A DNA stretch of 64,000 bases from Eledone cirrhosa (taxonomy: Eukaryota): NCBI GenBank assembly GCA_964016885.1, contig OZ024743.1, positions 190,588,001 to 190,652,000 of the forward strand. The letters are read 5' to 3'. The notes under the pieces were generated by a model. The model ran no database searches. It was not told the origin of the DNA and saw only the letters and a list, made by a program, of their open reading frames with translations. The translations under genes and the position numbers were made by a program. This document shows positions 55,049 through 64,000 of the stretch, piece by piece (the first letter of the stretch is position 1; every line of letters begins with the position of its first letter).

Positions 55049-55879
55049 AAGACGAAATGTAAAAACCTCAACTCAATTTCATTTCTATTGCACCCACATT
55101 TATAGCGCCCGAGATGCACAGGTGTGCATGAATGTGCAAGAACGCAGATATATGCAGGTGTCTGCGTTATTGCACCCCAAATAATGCGGGTCAACTTAAG
55201 TCATGTGATTTTATCACAGAACATTGAGACTTAAAAAAAGTTTTCCATTTTGTGTGACCTTAAGTTTCAAGAAAGTCTGAACAAATTTCCAGGCCCACTG
55301 AAATTTCTCCGGGCCCACTCAAAATTGTCCCGGGCCCACTGAGTGGGCCAAGGGCCCACCGTTGAGAACCACTGCTTTAAAGCTACAATATTAACAAAGG
55401 CAGAAAGAATACTGTGGACAAATTCAAATTGGAATACCAATCCTTGTTTATCTCTTAAACTAACAATTCCTGTAAGTCAGGTGTCTACAGGATGGGTGGG
55501 GTTCATAGATTTAAAGAAAAGGGAAATTGTTAAGAAGCTAATTCTTTAAGGCTGAAATAAGGGTGACAAAGGCAGAAAGTGTGTCGAAGTGTTGCGGTGC
55601 TTCCCCTTATTGTGAAGTTTCTCTTAATTTATATTCGAGGTGTCAACAAGCACAGTCATACAATCGCCCACTTACACACTTACACACACAAGCAAACACG
55701 CACACACAGGCAAGCACACACACAACAAACATACATATAAATATATACATACACACACACACATAAATGTGTATATATGTGTGTATGTGTATATATATAT
55801 GTGTGTGTATGTGTATGTGTGTATATATATATATGTGTGTTTATATATATATATGTGTGTGTGTATATATGTGTATATA

Positions 55880-55929
<50 letters not shown>

Positions 55930-55934
55930 TATAC

Positions 55935-55981
<47 letters not shown>

Positions 55982-56030
55982 TACACACACACATATATAT
56001 ATATAAACACACATATATATATATACACAT

Positions 56031-56075
<45 letters not shown>

Positions 56076-56115
56076 CACATACACACATATATACACACTT
56101 ACATCCACATATATA

Positions 56116-56150
<35 letters not shown>

Positions 56151-57069
56151 GCTGCCCCATCGTTATCGAATATGGCCATTGCACGATATAACATTATTAA
56201 TAATTATTAATTAATTCTATCGTGCAATGCCTGTGCATGAAGATATTTTTTAAAGTGAGGAAAGACTGTGCATTGAGCCAATCCCACTCTCTGAGCGACA
56301 GAAGCTATAACCCGAAAAGAAGAAAAGATCAACATCATCGGTAACTACTGAGCCGCAGATTTTATTTCGGAGTTATCCCAGTTTCCTGAGTTGCCTTCTA
56401 GAAGAATGCCCTGAGAAAGGTCTTTCACTCCCAGTGCTTTAACCGCTTGATCGGGTGTCCAGCCCGACTATTTCTATGTCCCCGCGCATATACATACACA
56501 TGCACCCATACATATGTATATTAGGCATATTCCTAAAGTTAACTTTTGTTAAAAAAATAAATGAGCATGCCATTTTCAGATGAACTTTTATTAGAAAATA
56601 CTTGTGAGCATGTTAAAAAATATTAGAACATTTGTACATCCCTATTTACTTTGTTATACGCTTTTCAAAGACGTGAGCCCATTGTATAACAACTGCCTGT
56701 TTTCTCTGCAGACAAAAATGCAAACGCCTTATTCCCTTTGCCAACCAGTAAGCACATGTCCAAGGTATCTATATATGTTTATGTTGGCCAATTCGTATAG
56801 ATGAATATGCGAAATAAGAAAATGAAAGAAATCATATGCAATAAATGATTCTTCGATTATCAACGGATTATGCCAAGTTTGTTTCCTTGTACCCTATATA
56901 TATATATATATATATATATTCTGAGTATATGTTGGTTGTTTACCGATACCTCAGTATGCAGATTGAAGCACTCGACGAAGTACGCAGGTTGGTTTAGTTA
57001 CTCCGGAGTAATGTAAAATAAAGTAATTAAGTCAAATATTTAAAATGTGGCTTCGTTTATTAAAGATGT

Positions 57070-57124
57070 ACTGCTATATATATTTCAGTGACAGTCATCA
57101 TTGGATGTGACCTCTTCAGGCAGT
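57070..57124 (-). ncRNA. Type I hammerhead ribozyme, inverted copy
   Basis: Minus strand: actgc CTGAAGA ggt...act GAAA tatata TA gcagt. Confidence 0.7.
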
Positions 57125-57197
57125 CCGAATTGGTGTGGTAGAGACAGGTATACATGTTGTTAAAGTGTTTTACTCCGTCTTAACCACACCAATTCGG

Positions 57198-57255
57198 ACT
57201 GCCTGAAGAGGTCACAGCCAATGATGACTGTCACCGAAATATATTATATAGCAGT
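57198..57255 (+). ncRNA. Type I hammerhead ribozyme
   Basis: actgc CTGAAGA ggt...acc GAAA tat att ata TA gcagt; AATAAA ~8 nt downstream. Confidence 0.78.
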
Positions 57256-57329
57256 ACATATTTAATAAACGAAGCCAAATTTTAAATATTTGATCTAATT
57301 AGTTTATTTTATATATATATATATATATA

Positions 57330-57642
57330 TTGTTTAATATAGATAAGCTTCTACAGGACTAGAACTGTTTCATTCGTGAGAAATCATCAGGAAGGTGACT
57401 GTCCAAGTACATTTGGTAGTATTTATATATTTTCTGGAAGTAGGAGGGGATGGGGATTGGGATGGGTGGAGGTCATTCGTTGATGGGTTTAAAGAAAAGG
57501 AAATTCTTTAAAAGCTAATTCTTTAAACTTATAATTTATATTTCGAGTGACAAAGGCAGAACGAATTCTATAAACAGGCTCAGATTTGGGCTGCCTCTCC
57601 TTATTGTTAAGTTTCTCTTAAGCTATAGTCAGGTGTCTACAA
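57330..57642 (-). mobile_element. HHR-bearing repeat family A (single-unit copy), HHR at 57346-57396
   Basis: Minus strand: accttc CTGATGA tttc tcac gaat GAAA cag..ctg TA gaagct. Confidence 0.75.
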
Positions 57643-57666
57643 GCACATTCACACACACACGCACAG

Positions 57667-57711
<45 letters not shown>

Positions 57712-58040
57712 TATATAGATATATAGATATATAGATATATACATATATATATATATATGTGTATATATATATGAACCCGGAATATACATGAACCCGGAAT
57801 AACTTATGTACAACGGAGAAATAAATGTCTCTGTTGGTATGATGTTTGTGTGAGGAACGAAAAGATTAGATAAATAGACAGACAGGTCACACAGAGAGAA
57901 AAGCAAATTGTGTCCACTTGGCCTAATGTCATCGTAAGAAAAGGCCAGAACAATGACTCCGTGCGTGGAGGTGGCAGTAAGTGGAAGTGACGAGTAGGAG
58001 GGGCGGCTAGGAAAAAGGAGAAGGAAAGAATAGAAGCAGA

Positions 58041-58094
<54 letters not shown>

Positions 58095-58231
58095 TGCTTC
58101 TATTCTTTCTTCCTTCTTTTATATATATATATATATAATGTAGGAGGTGAGTTTTATTGTAGTACAATAAAGCAATGCAGATATCGGATGAGAAGCACTC
58201 TACAATTTTGTAGGACTGGAGTATACATAAC

Positions 58232-58298
58232 ATATAAGAACAAAATATGGTTAAAAGAGTTCCATGTATACATGGAACTCTTTTAACCATATTTTGTT

Positions 58299-58305
<7 letters not shown>
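58232..58305. repeat. Perfect 74-bp palindrome with no spacer
   Basis: Centre catgta|tacatg at 58268/58269. Confidence 0.9.
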
Positions 58306-58374
<69 letters not shown>

Positions 58375-58431
58375 AATATATAAATATATATATATATATA
58401 AATATATAAATATATATATACATATAAATAT

Positions 58432-58514
<83 letters not shown>

Positions 58515-58630
58515 CAGTGGCGGACTGGTCAGATTGTCAGGTTGCCCAATGGCAACTGGGCCCCACGGTAGCATTGCAAGAGCCCACAGTAGAATTACAG
58601 GGCCCACCGTAGTATTTCAGGGACCAATGC
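58515..58630. mobile_element. Possible hAT-type MITE terminal fragment
   Basis: cagtggcggactgg start and gggccc repeats; no partner end found. Confidence 0.35.
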
Positions 58631-58869
58631 TTTGCTTTCAAAAGGTACCTGAAATCTAAGAGAAAGAATATTTCTTTTAGAAATAAATAAAACAATTAAG
58701 CAAAGCATTTGGTCAACCAAATTCCCCAGGGAAATACTAGAAACCAAAATATACGATAGTTCAAATAGCTGGAATCAGTGGTTTTACATTTTACTAAATT
58801 TAAGGCTTAGTGTATTCATTCATGCATCCAAACATACATATATAGACAGACACACAACCATATATATAT

Positions 58870-61268
58870 ATAAATTAATAAAATAATGAATAAACAAAGA
58901 AACAGTTCCTTATATTAAAAAATTCATCATTTTACGATCGTTTCTAGGATATATATGTTAGTGTTGGTATGCATATCCTATAGATCTATGTAAAAATTTT
59001 ACAAACTATCAGAGGGAGTATACATACCTACACATATATGTCTTCAGAAATAATGATATTTGTTTATTGAAAAAACCAACAACGATTTAATACAATAGGT
59101 CTGTTTGGGAACAGGTTTTGAATTGACCAATAGAAAGATAGTGAAGGTCAAGATAATAATATAGTAGTAAAAGAACCTTAATTTATGGGTAGAGGAAGGT
59201 AGATTTCAGTTTTGGATCGAAAAAATATTTTGAATGAAAGATTATTTTAGGGATGAGAATAGGTCATATGCTGACCTCAGAAATAATTATATTTGTTCAT
59301 TGAATAAAACCAACAAAGATTTAATATAGTAGGTTTGTTTGGGAACAGGTTTTGAATTAACCAATAGAAAGGTAATAATTGGCCAAATGGTAGAATAGTA
59401 GTAATTGAAATTTATTTGGGGGTAGAAGAAGGCAGATTTCAGTTTTGAATGGAAGGAGTATGAAGAATGAAAAGTTTATTTTAGGGGTGAAAATAGGTCA
59501 GGTCAGTAAAAAGTAACACGAAAAGTTGTTGTTATAAAAGAATAATGCCAATGTAAATATCTAAGGAGACTAAAATTTTACGATAAAAGTGTTAGTGAAA
59601 AAAATATATATGGAATTTACATCTATGAAAAGAATATAAATTAATTTAATTGATGTGTATATTTATATTGATAAAATTATATTAATGCATATAGATATGA
59701 TAAATAAGAGTTAGATGTAATTGATGAGTGCTGTTAAAGACGAGGGGAAATTAAATAAATATAAAAAGAATATATATATATATAATTATTGGGGGAGAGG
59801 GGGTTACATTTATTAGTGAGAAATAATAAATATATAGAGATTTCAAGGAACATAGAATCATAACCTGAAATTAAAACATTATATATGTTTACTTAATGGT
59901 ATCAATTTTAGGAAAAGATAGTTGTAAGAAGGAAAGTAAAATTATGTAGTTCATCAGTAGTAGAATAATTAATTATATGTTAACTGAATTAAAAATAGTT
60001 TTTATATTAATTTCTAAAAAGTATATTAGTTAGGTTTATAATATTTAAATGTTTTTCTCAGTTTATGATTACACAATATTATTAATTCCTGTCGCTTATT
60101 TAATAGGATATCCTTAGATTTCATTATTTCAAAAAGTTCTTGGGAACATAATCTACATTCATATCTATTATTTTGATAAGGGGTGGCCCTTTTTAGCACA
60201 CTCCAGGTCAGGTCATAATCTATATTACTCTTTCTATAATTATTAATTATTTCAGCTAGAGATGTTGTATTAGCTAATGCGGCATTTTTAAAACTATGTT
60301 TGTGGGTATTAAATCTTACCTTAAATTTGTTAGAGGTAGCTCCTATATATGAATAAATTGAGTCCTTAGTGTTAACTTTACATTTATATACTATGTTATT
60401 AACAAGGCAATTTCCTTTTAATGGGCAGTTTACTTTGTTTCTACAGTTACAACTTTTCGTGAATACTGTATCAGAGAAGATATTATGGTTAGTTTGATGT
60501 ACTGGTGGTATACTCATGTTTTTTTTACATTTATATGCATTGTAGGCACTTATATTTTGTTTTATGTTTTTGGTTGTTGAGTAGGAGAATTTAACTGTTG
60601 ATCTATTTAAAATTTGATGGTATTTGTGGTTTGGCGGGAAGTTCTTCTCTAGGATATAACATTTTTTTTTAGGTATATTATCCTTAATTTGTAAATTAAA
60701 TGGAGCATTATACCAAGTAACTCGTCTATTACGGTTTCGATGTTGTTTATTGTTTTTATAGGATGTATCCTGATGTTTATTAAGAGAATTATTGTTAATG
60801 ACTTCACCACACACATTTTTAGTTAGATTTATTTATTTAGGTGTTTTAGCTTGTTTATTAGGAGTTTTATTATTAACATTTATTAGAGTAGTAGGATGAG
60901 TAGTTTTTTGAGAGTTACTATATTGTATATTAGAAGAGTTAGAGAAATTTGGTTTTATGTTGGTATTTTGGGGTATAGTGTGAGGTATGTGTATGTTTCA
61001 TTTGGTGTTTGTTGGTAATATTAGGTTGTATGTTTGTAGTGTTATTGGTACAAGGTATATATACTAATTTATTTTTGTGGCCACTTCTAGCTAAAGCTTC
61101 GTTATAGAAGGTCGCATTTTTATCAAATACATCCTGGTTAGACGAAAGGTTAGAAATTCTAAGTGAGATATTATGCAAGGTTTTTATGGATAGATTTAGG
61201 GTGATTAGATTGTGAGTGTATGTAATGTAAATTTTGGTTAGGTTTATTGTAAGGTTGGTAGATACCCG
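58870..61268 (-). mobile_element. 5'-truncated Penelope-like element (RT thumb, linker, GIY-YIG, 3' UTR with ~235-nt tandem duplication, HHR at 58929-59051)
   Basis: YQPYNKPN..YIH..SNHP, ISLRISNLSS, VTWYNAPF; same family as 6521-9769. Confidence 0.9.
60026..60814 (-). pseudogene. PLE linker plus GIY-YIG endonuclease
   Basis: CNCRNKVNCPLKGNCL..IVYKC...SYIG...FKVRFNTHKHSF, CRLCSQE, CNHK. Confidence 0.9.
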
Positions 61269-61286
61269 TATATATATATATATATA

Positions 61287-61332
<46 letters not shown>

Positions 61333-61456
61333 AAGACAAACATAGAATATTCGAAAATATTCTGTATGTTTATAATAAACATTTTGAAGACCTAATCGCT
61401 ATAGAATAGAATACGTCACGTATTACAATTTGAGATTCTCGATAAAAGCAAGGGAA

Positions 61457-61499
61457 GTAACCTACGCGTTTCATTCTTATTTGAAATCATCAGGATTAC
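61457..61499 (-). ncRNA. Minimal type I hammerhead ribozyme (unit 1)
   Basis: Minus strand: gtaatc CTGATGA t ttc aaataa gaa t GAAA cgcg TA ggttac. Confidence 0.85.
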
Positions 61500-61768
61500 A
61501 TATCCAATGCTTTTATCGAGAATGACACAGCTAGAGACTTATAGAATACTTAGCTGTGTACAGGAACTGGTTTGAAAGAGCGGTTGCCGGTCCGGCAGAA
61601 ATTAGAATTTGGATTTAATGCTCTGAAATAGCGATATATATGTGAAGACAAACATAGAATATTCGAAAATATTCTGTATGTTTATAATAAACATTTTGAA
61701 GACCTAATCGCTATAGAATAGAATACGTCACGTATTACAATTTGAGATTCTCGATAAAAGCAAGGGAA

Positions 61769-61811
61769 GTAACCTACGCGTTTCATTCTTATTTGAAATC
61801 ATCAGGATTAC
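61769..61811 (-). ncRNA. Minimal type I hammerhead ribozyme (unit 2)
   Basis: Same sequence as unit 1, offset 312 bp. Confidence 0.85.
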
Positions 61812-62132
61812 ATATCCAATGCTTTTATCGAGAATGACACAGCTAGAGACTTATAGAATACTTAGCTGTGTACAGGAACTGGTTTGAAAGAGCGGTTGCC
61901 GGTCCGGCAGAAATTAGAATTTGGATTTAATGCTCTGAAATAGCGATATATATGTGAAGACAAACATAGAATATTCGAAAATATTCTGTATGTTTATAAT
62001 AAACATTTTGAAGACCTAATCGCTATAGAATAGAATACGGGTCTTCAAAATGTTTATTATAAACATACAGAATATTTTCGAATATTCTATGTTTGTCTTC
62101 ACATATATATCGCTATTTCAGAGCATTAAATC

Positions 62133-62170
<38 letters not shown>

Positions 62171-62172
<2 letters not shown>

Positions 62173-63052
62173 AAATGGTGGGTAAATATTCTATGGATGT
62201 TGATCGCGAATAGATAGCTGTTCTTTATTTATCTATTATTTCTTCATAGGTGTCTTTTAATCTTATAGCCTGGTTTAATTGTTTTTTTTTGTGTGGTTGA
62301 TTATGCTGATTGGGAGAGGAAATGGTGTATATATTTTATCAAATGAGTCTATGGACATACTTTATTGTATATTGCTCTGATTGTTGATTATTTAATTAAT
62401 TAATTCGTCATTGAGTCACATCGTGAATGCTTGCCAAAAACATATATATATATGACTTTCTCTAGTTTGTGTATATGTAAATCTTTATATTTGATAATCG
62501 CCTATATGGTTGAGATGCAATTTAGGCAATATTAGGCTGCGCTTTCTAGCAACCAGCCCACTCACCGTAAGGCACCAATCACATTCTTTCTGATTTGACC
62601 ACTGCCACGTCACAGTTCTTAGCCATTTTGAATTCGTTTCTGTCGGGGATCATTTAAGAAAAGTCTTCGTCCAAGTGAGTTTGTTTCCTGGTGATTTCGA
62701 AGCTCGTGAATTTATCCTTGATCGGATATTTCCAAAAGCGAATGAAATTCCTGGGGTAGAAACGTAATTTTGGTATGTTTATATACATTTTTTTTCTAAC
62801 TTTGATTTTATACCTAATTGTGTATGGTTGACGATATATTTAATCGATGCCCACGTGCTATTGGAAATGCTGAGTAAATATTCTATGGCTGTTGATCGCG
62901 AATAGATAGTTGTCGTTTATTTATCTATTATTTCTTCATAGGTGTCTTTTAATCTTATAGCCTGATTTAATTGTTATTTTGTGTGGTTGATTATGCTGAT
63001 TGGGAGAGGAAATAGTGTATATATGTTATCAAATGATTCTATGGACATACTT

Positions 63053-63058
<6 letters not shown>
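62171..63058 (+). repeat. Diverged ~195-bp direct repeat (62171-62367 / 62863-63058)
   Basis: gttgatcgcgaatagatag...ctatggacatactttatt occurs twice. Confidence 0.8.
62570..62680 (+). promoter_or_regulatory. Possible Pol II promoter and short first exon
   Basis: CCAATC 62575, CACGTCAC 62606, YY1-like GCCATTTTG 62622, donor-like CAA|GTGAGT 62675; locally more CpG. Confidence 0.4.
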
Positions 63059-63102
<44 letters not shown>

Positions 63103-63198
63103 GATATATCGTATATCTACTCCCAAAATTGTCGAGTGCTTTATATCAGTTATAAAAATATTTACTTGTTGTATGCCAACAATTTTAAATAGAACTTT

Positions 63199-63334
<136 letters not shown>

Positions 63335-63398
63335 ATGGTAGCTAATATGCTTCCATAGGCGGTATGCCGGTTGAGCACTCTATGCTCTTACAGGGCAG

Positions 63399-63430
<32 letters not shown>

Positions 63431-63575
63431 TGAGAGAGAGAGAGACACACACACACATACACATGCACACACACACACATACATATATATTGAGTGAGTG
63501 TGAAAGACCAAAGGTCATTATTGAAAGTCACTGGATTTCGCAAAATACATATATTTAGACCTAGCCCGCCAGTGT

Positions 63576-64000
63576 CATCATCATCATCATCATCAGGTTT
63601 AGCGTCCGTGTTCCACGCTTGCATGGGTTTGGACGGGGGTTTTCCCACTTGAAGCAAGAGTGGTTGTCTTGCTCGCATAAGACTGTCTGGCGGGTTTTCT
63701 ACAGTTGGATGCCCTTCCTAACACCAACCACATTTACAGTGTGGGGCTGGGAGGTTTTTACCGTGTTGCCTACACGGCCACATTACAGCGTGGACTGTCT
63801 GGCGGGTTTTCTACAGCTGGATGCCCTTCCTAACACCAACCACATTTACAGTGTAGGGCTGGGAGGTTTTTACCGTGTTGCCTACACGGCCACATTTACA
63901 TCGTGGACTGTGTGTTTTTTTGTCGTGACACCTACACGATCTCATTTGTTTCGGCCTGGATGTTGTGGGACCAACATAACTTTACATTGAAAGGGGCCGT
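63576..64000 (-). mobile_element. RTE LINE 3' UTR, near-identical to 42018-42440, continues beyond the window
   Basis: Direct sequence match including the (GAT)n tail. Confidence 0.9.

Larger units (their letters stand above)
51908..55374 (-). mobile_element. Full-length hAT transposon (Buster/ZBED5-like)
   Basis: TIRs cagtgtttctcaac / gttgagaaccactg; 8-bp TSD ctttaaag at 51900-51907 and 55375-55382; subterminal gggcccac repeats. Confidence 0.95.
51638..55650 (-). mobile_element. HHR-bearing repeat family A, interrupted by a hAT transposon
   Basis: 51638-51907 and 55375-55650 join into a family A copy. Confidence 0.75.
57012..57312. mobile_element. Small fold-back element (arms ~57012-57148 / 57175-57312) with an HHR in each arm
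   Basis: Inverted arms; HHR at 57070-57124 (-) and 57198-57255 (+). Confidence 0.8.
61323..62137 (-). mobile_element. Candidate non-LTR retrozyme: ~2.3 tandem copies of a 312-bp HHR-containing unit plus a terminal inversion (62040-62137)
   Basis: tgaagacaaacatag starts at 61331, 61643 and 61955; units appear identical; one HHR per unit; flanked by (TA)n. Confidence 0.8.

Noticed and set aside
61323-62039. Tandem repeat as a CRISPR array or plain satellite
   Set aside because: No repeat-spacer structure, eukaryotic context; the ribozyme and folding explain it better

Overview
AT-rich, microsatellite-saturated animal DNA. The SINE/LINE/Penelope repertoire and TTAGGG repeats suggest an octopus or other cephalopod (inference). 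There is no intact host gene, and almost all ORF-track calls are (TA)n/(TG)n translation noise. The window is a transposon graveyard: several decayed Penelope-like elements (PLE; RT and/or GIY-YIG remnants), two full-length frameshifted hAT transposons with 8-bp TSDs, RTE and L1/Tx1 LINE remnants, tRNA-derived SINEs, a Tc1/mariner-type MITE, a Helitron 3' end, and a 9-bp-TSD foldback MITE carrying telomeric repeats. By eye I find about 20 type I hammerhead ribozyme (HHR) motifs from several unrelated families, many placed in both arms of fold-back structures. The strongest signal is a non-coding, highly structured 312-bp tandem repeat with one HHR per unit (61.3-62.1 kb), a candidate retrozyme producing a 312-nt circular RNA. 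A possible host promoter and first exon lies at about 62.6 kb. All alignments and folds were done by eye.
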